Shown: positions 1 to 20,112 of the stretch, one piece after another
Layout: each line of letters starts with the position of its first letter
How positions within the stretch are numbered: position 1 is the stretch's first letter
Assembly (NCBI GenBank): GCA_015134415.1
Contig: CP043985.1
Coordinates: 155,983-219,982 of the forward strand
Source of the DNA: Candidatus Stammera capleta
GTDB taxonomy: Bacteria > Pseudomonadota > Gammaproteobacteria > Enterobacterales > Enterobacteriaceae
Reading direction: 5' to 3'
DNA: 64,000 nt
Made by a program: the position numbers and the translations under genes
The notes under the pieces: model-generated
Told to the model about the DNA's origin: nothing
The model's database searches: none
Seen by the model: the letters and a program-made list of their open reading frames with translations, nothing else

Positions 1-431
1 AAATTTTAATTCCTACTGAAGAAGTAATTGAAATAAAAAATGGAATTAAAAAAAAAAGTAAAAAAAAGTTTTTTCCTGGTTATTTTTTAATTAATATGGT
101 AATGACTAATGAAAATTGATATTTAATTCGTAATATACCTAAAATAGTTGGTTTTATTGGAGGTGATTTAGGAAATCCATTTCCTGTTAGTGAAAAAGAA
201 ATTAAAATTATTAAAAATAAATTAAATAAAATAGTTGGTAAACCTAGACCTAAAATTTTATTTGAATATGGTGAATTAATTAGAATTAATAATGGTCCTT
301 TTTGTGATTTTAGTGGAACAGTTGAAGAAATTGATTATGATAAAAATCGTTTAAAAGTATCTGTTTTAATATTTGGTAGATCTACTCCTGTAGAATTGGA
401 TTTTTCTCAAGTAGAAAAAAATAATTATTAA
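1..431 (+). CDS. nusG: Transcription antiterminator NusG, C-terminal part (5' end outside window; reading frame starts at nt 3)
   Basis: Open from the window edge to TAA at 429-431. ...[31 protein letters not shown]...[42 protein letters not shown] matches the NusG KOW/C-terminal region. The in-frame TGA at 115-117 falls on the conserved Trp. It sits directly upstream of rplK, as in nusG-rplKAJL-rpoBC. Confidence 0.92.
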
Positions 432-449
432 TATTTAAAAAAAAATAAA

Positions 450-878
450 ATGTCTAATAAAAAATATACATATATAAAATTACAAGTTTTATCTGGAATG
501 GCTAATCCAAGTCCACCTGTAGGACCTATTTTAGGTCAAAAAGGTGTTAATATTATGCAATTTTGTAAATTATTTAATAAAAAAACTTCTAATTTAGAAA
601 AAGGTATTCCTATACCAGTTATAATAAAAGTTTATTCTAATCATAGTTTTGATTTTTTTATTAAAAGTCCTCCAGTATCTTATTTAATTAAAAAAAAATT
701 ATCTATTAATTTTGGTTCTAAAAAACCTGGTCATGATATTATTGGTAGTATTAAAAAATCTTCTATTTTAGAAATTGCTAAAATAAAATTTTGTGATATG
801 AATAGTTGTGATTTAAATTCTATTTATAAATCAATTATTGGTACTGCTATTTCTATGGGAATTAAAATTAAAGATTAA
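450..878 (+). CDS. rplK: 50S ribosomal protein L11
   Basis: 142-aa ORF. ...QVLSGMANPSPPVGPILGQKGVNIMQFCKLFN... is the L11 N-terminal signature. Its position between nusG and rplA fits. Confidence 0.96.
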   Translation: MSNKKYTYIKLQVLSGMANPSPPVGPILGQKGVNIMQFCKLFNKKTSNLEKGIPIPVIIKVYSNHSFDFFIKSPPVSYLIKKKLSINFGSKKPGHDIIGSIKKSSILEIAKIKFCDMNSCDLNSIYKSIIGTAISMGIKIKD

Positions 879-884
879 ATTATT

Positions 885-1532
885 ATGAATATAAATAAAA
901 ATAAAAAAAAAATTATTAAAATATTTAATTTAATAAAAAAAAATTCTAAAAGAAAATTTAATGAATCTATAGATGTTGATATAAATTTATTATTAAATAA
1001 TAAAGATATTAATCAAATTATATGTGGAAGTGTATTATTACCTTATAGAAAAAAAAATAAAAAAAAGATAGTTGTATTTACTGATGAATCAAATTTTAAA
1101 ATTGCTTATAAATCTGGTGCTTTTTTTGTAGGAAATGATGATTTATTTAATAAAATTAAAAATAATGAAATTGAATATGATTTAGTTATTTGTAGTTGTA
1201 ATTATATTAATGTTGTTAGTAAATTAGGATATATATTAGGTCCTAAGGGGTTAATGCCTAATTTAAAATTAGGTACTATTACTAATGATATAAAAAATAC
1301 TGTTTCTGAATTTGTGGATGGTAAAATAATATATAAAACTGATAAATATGGAATTATTCATTTAAGTATAGGAAATGTTAATTTTTCTGTTAAAAAATTA
1401 TTTTCTAATTTTTTTTATTTAATAAATTCTATTTTATTAAATAAGTTAAATAAAATTAATAATAATTTTTTAATTAAGAAAATTAGTATATCTAGTACTA
1501 TGGGAAAAAGTTATATTATTAATTTAAATTAA
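885..1532 (+). CDS. rplA: 50S ribosomal protein L1
   Basis: 215-aa ORF. ...LGPKGLMPNLKLGTITNDI... and the overall layout match L1. Synteny rplK-rplA-rplJ is kept. Confidence 0.93.
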   Translation: MNINKNKKKIIKIFNLIKKNSKRKFNESIDVDINLLLNNKDINQIICGSVLLPYRKKNKKKIVVFTDESNFKIAYKSGAFFVGNDDLFNKIKNNEIEYDLVICSCNYINVVSKLGYILGPKGLMPNLKLGTITNDIKNTVSEFVDGKIIYKTDKYGIIHLSIGNVNFSVKKLFSNFFYLINSILLNKLNKINNNFLIKKISISSTMGKSYIINLN

Positions 1533-1551
1533 ATATTTTATAGGATTATTA

Positions 1552-2052
1552 ATGTCATTAAATTTAAAAGATAAGAAAAAATATATTTTAGATATGAAAA
1601 ATAAAATAAATAATTGTTTATCTATAATAATTATAAATTTTAATAAATTAAAATCTAATGATTTAGTTAATTTACGTAAAAATAGTAATAAAAAAGGATT
1701 TTATATTTCTATTATACATAATAATTTATTTAAAATTATTTTAAATAAATTGAATTTAAAATGCTTAATAAATAAAATTGTTGGTTCTATATTAATATTT
1801 TATTCTTTAAAATCTTATAGTTATCCTTCTGTAATTTTTGAAAAGTTTTTGGTTAAATATAAAGATAAAATTAAATTAAATACTGTTTATATTAATAAAA
1901 AAATAGTAAATTATAATTTCCATAAAAAAATTTCATTTTTAAATAGTACTAAAAAATCATTAGAATATTTTATTAATTATATTAGAAATATTTCTATAAT
2001 TAAATTTTTATATGTTTTATTAATTATTAAAAATAATAAATTTGGGAATTAA
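1552..2052 (+). CDS. rplJ: 50S ribosomal protein L10
   Basis: 166-aa ORF between rplA and rplL. The N-terminal LNLKDKK...DLVNLRK pattern is L10-like. The sequence is divergent, so synteny carries much of the call. Confidence 0.85.
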   Translation: MSLNLKDKKKYILDMKNKINNCLSIIIINFNKLKSNDLVNLRKNSNKKGFYISIIHNNLFKIILNKLNLKCLINKIVGSILIFYSLKSYSYPSVIFEKFLVKYKDKIKLNTVYINKKIVNYNFHKKISFLNSTKKSLEYFINYIRNISIIKFLYVLLIIKNNKFGN

Positions 2053-2053
2053 T

Positions 2054-2425
2054 ATGAAAAATAATAATAAAAAAATTTTAGATAAGATTTCATCTATGAC
2101 ATTAGTTGAAATTGTAGAATTAATTAATGATATAGAAAAAAAATTTGGTATAAGTTCTATAAATTATCAATTAAATAATAATATTAGTAAAGATAGTATT
2201 AAAGAAGTTGAAAAAAAAGAATTTGATTTATATTTAAATTCTATAGGTAATAATAAAATTGCGGTTATAAAAATAATACGTAATTTTTTAAATTTAGGTT
2301 TAAAAGAATCTAAAGATTTAGTGGAATCATGTCCTGTTTTAATAAAAAATAAAATTCAAAAAAAAGATTCAGATTTATTAAAAAAATCTTTAGAAGAAGT
2401 TGGTGCTGAAGTTATTTTAAAATAA
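2054..2425 (+). CDS. rplL: 50S ribosomal protein L7/L12
   Basis: ...MTLVEIVELINDIEKKFGIS... and the C-terminal ...KIAVIKIIRNFLNLGLKESKDLVESCPVLIKNKIQKKDSDLLKKSLEEVGAEVILK are classic L7/L12. I prefer ATG at 2054 over the TTG at 2042 used by the ORF track, because it gives the E. coli-like N-terminal length. Confidence 0.95.
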   Translation: MKNNNKKILDKISSMTLVEIVELINDIEKKFGISSINYQLNNNISKDSIKEVEKKEFDLYLNSIGNNKIAVIKIIRNFLNLGLKESKDLVESCPVLIKNKIQKKDSDLLKKSLEEVGAEVILK

Positions 2426-2446
2426 ATTGTATATGGATAAAAATAA

Positions 2447-6472
<4,026 letters not shown>

Positions 6473-6508
6473 ATATATTTATTATAAATTTTTTAGGAAT
6501 TTTTACTT

Positions 6509-10720
<4,212 letters not shown>

Positions 10721-10726
10721 ATATAT

Positions 10727-11737
10727 ATGATTATTAAAAAAAATATTTTTAGTGCTATACAACCTACAGGAAAATTAACTATAGGTCATTATATTGGGGT
10801 ATTAAAAAATTGGTTATATTATCAAAATAAATATAATTGTTTTTTTTGTATAGCTGATATGCATGCATTAACTGGTATAAAAAATAAAATTAAAATTAAA
10901 AATAATATTTATGATTTATTATCTATAATATTAGCTGTTGGAATAAATCCAATGAATTGTACTATTTTTTTACAATCTAATATTATAGAGCATATAAAAC
11001 TTTATTGATTATTAAATTGTTATACTTATATAGGAGAATTAAATCGTATGACTCAATTTAAAGATAAAATTAAAAATAAAAATAAAAATAATAACATAAA
11101 TTGTGGTTTGTTTAATTATCCTATATTAATGTCTTCTGATATATTATTATATAATACTGATTATGTTCCTATTGGATATGATCAAATACAACATTTAGAA
11201 TTAACTAGATTAATTGCTAAAAGGATTAATAAAATTTATTCTAAAAATATATTTAATATTCCTAAATATATTTTAGCAAAAAATGGTTCTAAAATAATGT
11301 CTTTATGTAATCCTTATAAAAAAATGTCTAAATCAGATATTAATAAAAATAATATTATTTTTTTATTAGATAGTTCTATTAAAATAAAAAATAAAATTAA
11401 TAATGCATTAACTGATTCTCAGTATCCCCCTAAAATATTATATAATAAAATTAAAAAACCTGGTATATCTAATTTATTAGATATATTTTCTAGTATAAAA
11501 AATATTTCTATTTATAAATTAGAAAAAAAATTTATTAATTTTTCATATAATAAATTTAAAAAAGAACTTATATTTGAATTAATTTTATTTTTAAAAAAAA
11601 TAAAAAAAAATTATATTTTTTTTAGAAAAAAAAAAAATTTTTTAAAAAAAATTTTATTAAATGGTAAATTAAAAGCTAGAAAAATAGCTAAAAAAAATAT
11701 TTTACATATATATAAAAATATTGGTATTAATTATTAA
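10727..11737 (+). CDS. trpS: Tryptophan--tRNA ligase
   Basis: ...FSAIQPTGKLTIGHYIGVLKNW... (HIGH-type), ...[23 protein letters not shown]... with TGA at 11006-11008 on the conserved Trp, and KMSKSD. A TGG Trp codon is also used at 10811-10813. The product is 336 aa. Confidence 0.96.
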
Positions 11738-11739
11738 AT

Positions 11740-12396
11740 TTATCATAATATAGGTTTTCTTTTATTTTTTATTAAAAAAATATTAGTTTTTTTAAAGTGA
11801 TTACAATTTCAGAATCCTTTTTTAAAAGAGAATTTAGAAGGATGAGAAGAGGTTAATATTAAATTTTTATTTTTATTAATTAATCTTTTTTTTTTTTGTG
11901 CAAATTTACCTCATAGTAAGAATACTATATTATTATTATTATATTTATTTATATATCTAATTATATTATCAGTAAATATTTCTCATCCTATATTTTTGTG
12001 AGATAAAATTTTTTTGTTTTCTACAGTTAGAATACTATTTAATAATAAAATTCCTTGTTTAGCCCAATTTAATAAATAACCATTTTTAGGAATTTTAAAT
12101 TTAGGATATTCATTTTTTATTTCTTTATATATATTAATTAATGATGATGTAATTTTTTTTATATTAGGTAATAAGGAAAATGCTAATCCATGTGATTGAT
12201 TTTTATTGCAATATGGATCTTGACCTATAATTACTACTTTTATATTTTTAAATTTTGTAATTTTAAATGCTTCAAAAATATTTTTTTTTTGTGGATATAT
12301 TTTTTTATATTTATATTCTTTTTTTAAAAAATATTTCATTTTTATAAAATATTTTTTTTTTTTTTCATTTTCTATAATTTTTTTTCAATTTATCAT
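11740..12396 (-). CDS. ung: Uracil-DNA glycosylase
   Basis: ...VVIIGQDPYCNKNQSHGLAFS...LLLNSILTVENKKILSHKNIG-W-EIFTD...FLLWGKFAQKK...SSHPS... match Ung motifs. The N-terminus extended to ATG at 12394-12396 (MINWKKIIENEKKKKKYF...) aligns with the E. coli N-terminus. Several in-frame TGA codons occur. It overlaps the era 3' end by 7 nt. Confidence 0.93.
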
Positions 12397-13241
12397 TTAT
12401 TTTTTACATGTATAAATAATTTTATTTTTTTTTTATAATTATAATATTTTATAATATCTATTTTAGATAAATTATTTATATATTTTATATTTTTACCTAA
12501 TTTTCCTATTATGATATTTTTATGATTTTTTTTTTTAGTATATATATTACAAAATATAATTTTTTTTTTTTTTAAATTTATTATTTTTTTTATTTTTATT
12601 GATATTAAATAAGGTATTTCTTCTCTTATAAATTTTAAAATTTTTTCTTTTATTATTTCTTTAATTATAAATTTTATATTATGTATTGTTTTAATTTTTT
12701 TATTAAAATAATGTTTAGATTTAATTAAAAAATTATTTATTATATTTTGTAAATATTTTATATGTTTTTTTTTTTTAGTAGTTATTGGTATAATATTTTT
12801 ATATATTATATTATTTTTAAACTTTTTAATAAAAGGAAGTATTAATTTTTTATTTTTTATTTTATCTATTTTATTAATTAATATTAATATTGGTATTTTT
12901 TTAAAGTTTATTTTTTTTATTATTTTTTTTTCATAAAAAAAATTTTTATTTTCTATAATTATTATTATTAAATTTATTTTATTTTTTAAATTATTTTTAT
13001 TTAAAAAATTATATGTTTTATAGAATATTTTTTTAAAATTTGTATAATTATTAAATCCAGGGGTATCAATATATATATATTGATTATTTTTTATTGTATT
13101 TATACCTAAAATGTATTTTTTAGTAGTATTTTTTCTTTTTGAAATTATAGATATTTTTTTATTTATTAATTTATTAAATAAAGTAGATTTTCCCACATTA
13201 GTTCTTCCTATTATAGAAATATAAATACATTTTTTTTGCAT
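12390..13241 (-). CDS. era: GTPase Era
   Basis: G1 IIGRTNVGKSTLFN and G3 DTPG motifs, and a position after rnc as in rnc-era. The ORF-track stop at 12393-12395 is TGA and is followed at once by TAA at 12390-12392. Confidence 0.9.
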
Positions 13242-13925
13242 CTAAATTAATCCTAAATTTATTAATATATTTTTTGCTGCTATTTGTTCTGCATTTTTTT
13301 TATTATAACTTATCCCTTTGCTGGTTTTGTTTAAATTATTAATTCTACAGTATATAGTAAATATTTGTTTATGATCTTTTCCTTTTATTTTACCTAAATA
13401 ATATTTAGGTAATGGTAATTTTATTTTTTGTAGATATTCTTGTAATAAAGTCTTATAATCTTTATAATTATATTTTTTATTTAATATTTGATTTTTAAAG
13501 AAAAGACATTTTATTATTTTTTCTATTATTTTAATATTTTTACTATCTATAAATATGGCTCCTATTATTGCTTCTAAAGTATTTGCTAAAATAGATTTTT
13601 TATTATTTTTTTTATTATTTTTTATTTCCCCATTTCCTAATAGTATATATTTATATAATTTAATTTTATTTGCAATTTTAAATAAATTTTTTTTATTTAC
13701 TAATTTAGATCTTATTCTTGTCATTAATCCTTCTTGAAAATTATAACATTTTTTATATATTCTATTTGTAATAATAAAATTTAATATTGAATCTCCTAAA
13801 AATTCTAATCTTTCATTATGGTTATTATTGTAACTTCTATGTGTTAAAGATAAAAATAATATTTTTTTATTATTAAATTTATATTTAATTCTTTTTTCTA
13901 AATAATTTATATTATTATTAATCAT
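13242..13925 (-). CDS. rnc: Ribonuclease III
   Basis: The ...NERLEFLGDSILNFIIT... RNase III signature plus a C-terminal dsRBD-like ...AEQIAAKNIL.... It abuts era with no spacer. Confidence 0.95.
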   Translation of the reverse strand: MINNNINYLEKRIKYKFNNKKILFLSLTHRSYNNNHNERLEFLGDSILNFIITNRIYKKCYNFQEGLMTRIRSKLVNKKNLFKIANKIKLYKYILLGNGEIKNNKKNNKKSILANTLEAIIGAIFIDSKNIKIIEKIIKCLFFKNQILNKKYNYKDYKTLLQEYLQKIKLPLPKYYLGKIKGKDHKQIFTIYCRINNLNKTSKGISYNKKNAEQIAAKNILINLGLI

Positions 13926-13932
13926 AAATTTT

Positions 13933-14808
13933 TTAAATAATTTTACCTATTCTATTAAATCTTATATTTATTGGTAAATAATTTTTTTTTTTTTTAATAC
14001 TCATTCATATAAGTTCAGCTTTTCCTATAATTAAATTTTTATGTACAAACCCTCAGTATCTACTATCTTTACTATTATCTCTATAATCTCCCATAACAAA
14101 ATATTTGTTTTTAGGTACAATTCATATTTTATTTTTTTTTTTATATTTATTTTTATATGGAATTAATAATATTTTATATTTTTTATTTTTAATATATTCT
14201 GTTTTTTTTATTAAAAATATTATTTTTGAAAATATTTTTTTATTTAAATTAATAAAATTTATATTTTTTATTTTTAAAAAATTTTCATATATATTGTTAT
14301 TATTATCTATATATATTTCTTCTACTGAATTATTTAATTTAGTATTTTTATATTTTATTATATTTTTTTTATTATATTTTTTTTTATTTTTATTATATTT
14401 ATATATACTAATTTTTTTATTTTTTTTATTATATATAATTTTATCATTTGGTAAAGCAATTATACGTTTTATATAATATATTTTTTTGTTTTTTGGATAT
14501 TGAAATACAATTATATCTCCATATTTTGGAGTATTTATATTTAGAATAGTTTTATTAGTAAATGGGTTTTTTATATTATATTTAATTTTATTTACTAATA
14601 TCATATCTCCAATTAATAAATTTGGTAACATTGAAGCTGATGGAATTTTAAAAGGTTCATAAATAAAAGATCTAAATATAAATATAAATATTAATATAAA
14701 AAGATTATCAATTATATTATTAAAATGTTTTTTTTTATATAATTTATTATATATTAATATTGTAATATTAATTAATATTAATATAAATAATATTTTGTTA
14801 TATATCAT
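13933..14808 (-). CDS. lepB: Signal peptidase I
   Basis: ...PSASMLPNLLIGDMILVNK... (catalytic Ser box). After read-through of TGA at 14122-14124 it continues ...VMGDYRDNSKDSRYWGFV.... lepA-lepB-rnc-era synteny is kept. Confidence 0.93.
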
Positions 14809-14809
14809 A

Positions 14810-16612
14810 TTAAAAATTTTTTTTTAATGCTTCAAAATATATATTTGGTGATATTAATATATTTCCTATTTTTTTTAATTTTTTTTTTCCTCTTTTTTGT
14901 TTTTCTAATAATTTTTTTTTTCTTGTAATATCTCCACCATAACATTTTGAAGTTACATTTTTTCTAAGAGATTTAATTATAGATGAAAAAATAATTTTAT
15001 TATTATATTTTGATTGAATTTTAATTTCAAATTGTTGTTTTTTTAAATTTTTTTTTATTATATTTATTATATTTATACTATATTTTTTTATGTTTTTTTT
15101 ATGTATTAATATTGAAAATCCTTCTAGTTTATTATTATTAATTAAAAATTCTAATAATTTAATATCTGATTTTTTATATTTTTCAAATTTATATTGAAAT
15201 GAAGCATATCCTTGTGTTATTGATTTAATAATATTACTAAAATTTGTTATTATTTCATAAGTTGGTAATTCATATTTTAAATAAATATAATTATTATTAT
15301 AATATAATATTTTTTTTTGATTTCCTCTTTTGTTAATACATAAATTTATTATTTTTCCACAATATATTTTTGGTGTAATTATTTTACATGTTGATATTGA
15401 TTCATGTATTTCTTTAATTTTATTTTTTTGTGGTAATTTATTTGGATTTTCTATATATAAAATTTTATTTTCTTTAGTTATTATTTTATATAATATTGTT
15501 GGAGAAGTTATTATTATTTTTAAATTATATTCTCTTTCTAATCTTTCTTTTATAATTTCTATATGTAAAATTCCTAAAAAACCACATCTAAATCCATTTC
15601 CTAATAAATAGGAATTTTCTGGTTTAAAAATGAAAGAATAATCGTTTAAACTTAATTTTTCAATTGATTTTTTAAAATATAAAAAATTTTTATTATTTTC
15701 AGGATATATACTAGCATATATTTGTGGTGTTATTTTTTTAAATTTAGATATTTTAATTAAATTATTATTTTTATAATTTGTTATTATTTTTCCTATTGGA
15801 TTAAAATATTTTGTTATTTTTATATTACAAGAAATTCAACCTATTTCTCCACAATATAAATTATTAATATTATTTTTATTTGGAGTATATATATGTATTG
15901 TTTTTATACGATAATTATTTTTTTTAAAATTTATTATTTTGATAATATCATTTTTTTTAATGTTTCCATTAATAATTTTAATTAATAAAAAAATTCCTAA
16001 ATAATTATCAAAATATGAATCTATTATTATTGCTTGTAAAGGTAAATTTGTATGTCCTTTAGGATAAGGTATTTTATTAATAATTTTTTTAATTATATTT
16101 TTTATTCCTATCCCTTTTTTACTAGAACATAATATTATTTTTTTTTTTTTAATTTTTAAAATATTATTTATTTGATTTTTTATATTTTTTATATCATTAT
16201 ATAAAACATCAATTTTATTTATTATAGGTATAATTTTTATATTTAATTTTTTTGCTATATTATAATTTGTAATTGTTTGTGATTGTATACCTTTAGTAGC
16301 ATCTATTAGTAATAAAGCACCATCACATATATATAATGATCTTGATACTTCATTATTAAAATCTATATGTCCTGGTGTATCTATTAAATTTAATTTATAT
16401 TTTTTATTATTTAATTTATATTTAAGTGATACGCTTTGTGATTTTATTGTTATTCCTCTTTCCTTTTCTATTTCCATTGAATCTAAAATTCTAGAATTTT
16501 TTTTATTTATTTTTTTTCCAGTACATAATTCTATTATACGATCTGATAATGTTGATTTTCCATGATCTATATGAGCTATTATAGAAAAATTTCTTATATA
16601 TTTTTTTTTCAT
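14810..16612 (-). CDS. lepA: Elongation factor 4 (LepA), 600 aa
   Basis: N-terminus IRNFSIIAHIDHGKSTLSDR, DTPGHIDF and NKID. The C-terminal ...GGDITRKKKLLEKQKRGKKKLKKIGN... is in the same frame (length divisible by 3, E. coli about 599 aa). The gene is interrupted only by TGA. Confidence 0.95.
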
Positions 16613-16711
16613 ATACTTTAATTATATTTTATATTATAAGTTTTATAAAATAAATGTATTATAATAAGATTATATAATTATAATATATAAATTTAATTTT
16701 TTAAAAAAAAT

Positions 16712-18121
16712 ATGATAACTAATATAATTACAAGATTTGCTCCTAGTCCTACTGGATATTTACATATAGGTAATATAAGAAGTGCATTATATTCTTGATT
16801 ATATGCTAGAAAAAATAATGGTAAATTTATTTTACGTATAGATGATACTGAATATAATAAATTAAATAAGAAATATTCTGATTATATATTATATTCATTA
16901 GAATGATTAGGATTATATTGAGATGATAGAGTGTATTATCAATCTGATAGAATAGAAAAATATTTAAGTATAATAAATTATATGTTATCTAATAATTTAG
17001 CATATAAGTGTTTTTGTTCTATTGATAGATTAAATAATATACGTAATATTTGTATAAAAAAAGGATTAAAACCAAAATATGATAATTTTTGTAGAAATAA
17101 AAATTTTAATTATAAAAATATACCTTATGTAGTTAGATTTAAAAATTCATTAAGTGGTAATATATCATTTAATGATTTTATATTTAAAAAAATAATTTTT
17201 AATAATAATCAATTAGATGATTTTATTATTCAACGTAGTAATGGGGCTCCAACTTATAATTTTTGCGTAACTATTGATGATTATGATATGTCTATTAGTC
17301 ATATTATAAGAGGTGAAGATCATATAAATAATACTCCTAAACAAATAAATATTTTAAAATCTTTAAAATATAATATTCCTAAATATATCCATTTACCTAT
17401 TATATTAGATGAAAATAAGAAAAAAATTTCTAAAAAAAATTTTTTATTTAATATTAAAAATTATATATATAATGGATATTTACCTGTATCTATATTAAAT
17501 TATTTATTAAATTTAGGAAGATTTTATATGAATAATAAATTTAATAATATTTATGAAATGAAATATATAAATAATTTATTTGATTTAAATAAATCTCCAT
17601 GTATAATAAATAATAAAAAAATTCTGTTTTTAAATAAATATTATTTAAACAATATATCTTATAAAAAAATTAAATTTTATTTTAAGTATTTTATTATCAA
17701 TAATAAAATATATTTAAATAATATTAAGAATTTAGATGAAATAATATCTTTTATATTAATTAGAAGTTATTTAATTAAAGATATAGTAGATTTTTGTTTA
17801 ATATTTAATAATAAAATATATTTTAATCCTTTATTAATATTAAAATATAGTAATAATAATTCTCTTTTAATATTATTATATTTATATAAAAATATATTTA
17901 ATTTATTAATTTGAGATATTAAAAGTATTAATCTGTGTATAAAAAAATTAATCAAAAAATTTAAAAAAATTAAGATAGATTATATATTTAAAATTTTACA
18001 TTTTTTTATAACTGGTAAAGAATTTTCTCCAAATATTATTAAAATAATTTTTTTATTTAAAAAAAAAAATATTTTAATAAGATTAAAATATTGTATTAAA
18101 AAATATTTATTAAAGAAATAA
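16712..18121 (+). CDS. gltX: Glutamate--tRNA ligase
   Basis: [47 protein letters not shown]... matches the GluRS N-terminus. The C-terminal ...[11 protein letters not shown]... is GluRS-like. The product is 469 aa and its 3' end overlaps the convergent ligA by 12 nt. Confidence 0.95.
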
Positions 18122-19816
18122 AATTTTATTTAGTTTATTTAAAAAAATAATATTTTTTTTTTTATTTAAAAAACTTATTATTGATTTTTGTTTTTTCTTA
18201 CTTATTTCATTTAAACGAAGAATATTTTTTTTCTTTAATTTTAAAAAATTTTTAAAAGATTTTATATTTTTACTTATTTTAATTGAAGAATATTTTCCAA
18301 TATTTGGTATTGAAAGAGAGTTTATTATATTATTTAATTTAATTTTTTTTTTTGATATATTAATAGAATTAATTATTCTATTTGATAATTTATTTTTAAT
18401 TTTAGGTATTTTAATTAATTTTTTTTTAGATATATTAAATATATCTATTATATTTTTTATACATTTATATTTTATTAATTTTTTAATTATTTTTTTACCT
18501 AATCCTATTATATTAAATGCTTCTTTTGAACAAAAAAAAACTATATTATTTATTAATTTTCCGTAACATTTATTATAATAACATTTTGGTATTTTTTCAT
18601 TAATATTTATTTTTTTATTACAAAATGGACATTTATTTATCAAATATTTTTTTTTATTTTTTTTTATTATTTTAATAATTTTAGGTATAACATTTCCACT
18701 TCTTTCTATTATAACATTATCTCCAATATTTATTTTTGTTTTATTTAAATAATTTAAATTATAAAAATTTATTTTTTTTATTTTTACACCCTGTATTTTT
18801 ATTTTTTTGATTATAATAATTGGTATTATAATTCCATTTTTACTTATTTCAAATATTATATTTTTTACTTTAGAAATTTTTTTTTTAGATTTAAATTTTC
18901 ATGCTATACATCATTTTATATATTTATTATTATTTTTTATTTTTTCTTGTATAAATTTATTATTTATTTTTATTACTATACCATCTATATTAAATTTTAT
19001 TTTTTTTTTTTTTTTTATAATTTTATTATAGTATTTTTTAATATTATTAATTTTATTAAATAATTTTGTTTTTTTATCTATTTTAAAACCTAATTTTTTT
19101 ATTTTTTTTAAACTTTCATATTGAGTTAAATAATTTTTTCTATTATTATTAATTATAATATCATAAGCTATAAATGATAATTTTCTTTTTTTTACTATTT
19201 TTTTATTTAGATGTCTTATTGTACCAGAAACTATATTTCTACTATTAGAAAATTTTTTATTTTTATTTATTTTTAAAAAATTTTTTTTAGATATATAAAT
19301 TTCTCCTCTTATTTCTAAATTATATATTTTATCTTTTGAATTTATATATTTAGGTATTGAATTTATATATTTTATATTTTTTATTACATTTTCTCCATAT
19401 ATACCATTACCTCTAGTTAAAGATTTATATAAAAAGTTATTTTTATAAATTAAACTAATTGCCATTCCATCTATTTTTAATTCACAACAAAAATTTTTTA
19501 TTTTGTATATTTTTTTTATTTTATTTATATATTTTTTTATTTTATTAAATGAATAAAAATTTTTAATTGATAACATAGGTATATTATGTTTTTTAATTGA
19601 AAAATTTTTAATAAATTTATAATATATTTTTTTTGTTGGACTATTTTTACATTTAAATAATGGATATTTTTTTTCTAATTTTTCTAATTTTTTTAATAAA
19701 TAATCATATTTTTCATTTGAAATAATGTTTTTATTTTTATAAAAATAATAATAAGAATATATTTTTATTTTTTTTCTAATTTTTAATATTTTTTTTTTAA
19801 TTTTTTTAATATTCAT
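18110..19816 (-). CDS. ligA: NAD-dependent DNA ligase, short form (568 aa; no room for a BRCT domain)
   Basis: Adenylation motif CELKIDGMAISL, Zn-finger-like CPFCNKK...CYYNKC and HhH-like IGLGKK/IPNIGK repeats. The two track ORFs (18911-19816, 18110-18643) are in one frame. Confidence 0.9.
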
Positions 19817-20001
19817 AATTATATATAAATATTTATTAATTTATATTTTAAAAATTTTTATATATAAATTATTTTTATTTTTATTTTTAATTTATTATAT
19901 AATTTTATATTTAATATTTTAATTATTGTTTATATATATTATAAAATAATAATAATATAAATTTATATTATCTATAAAAATTTTTAAAAAAAAATAATAA
20001 A

Positions 20002-20085
20002 CGGAGGCAGAGAGATTCGAACTCTCGAACGATAAACGTTGACGATTTTCAAGACCGTTGCCTTAAACCACTCGGCCACACCTCC
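20002..20085 (-). tRNA. serT: tRNA-Ser (anticodon UGA), class II with long variable arm, no encoded CCA
   Basis: The reverse complement GGAGGTGTGGCCGAGTGGTTTAAGGCAACGGTCTTGAAAATCGTCAACGTTTATCGTTCGAGAGTTCGAATCTCTCTGCCTCCG is near-identical in architecture to E. coli tRNA-Ser(UGA). It has a 7-bp acceptor stem, a CT-TGA-AA anticodon loop and a GAGAG/CTCTC T-stem. It is the only GC-rich island in the window. Confidence 0.95.
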
Positions 20086-20112
20086 TAATATTATATTAAA
20101 TAATACTATTTT

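Noticed and set aside
13555-13737. A 60-aa plus-strand ORF inside rnc, and a 62-aa minus-strand ORF at 17767-17955 inside gltX.
   Set aside because: Both are antisense to conserved genes, of low complexity, and have no motif or ribosome-binding site.
16613-16711. Promoter (-10/-35) calls in the divergent intergenic regions lepA/gltX, rpsB/map (21540-21627), pmbA/ppa (30451-30546), thrS/ydjM (37457-37574) and rne/rluC (51534-51621).
   Set aside because: TATAAT-like hexamers occur every few nucleotides in this composition, so any specific promoter call would be unsupported. I report only Shine-Dalgarno-like AGGA motifs that have the right spacing.
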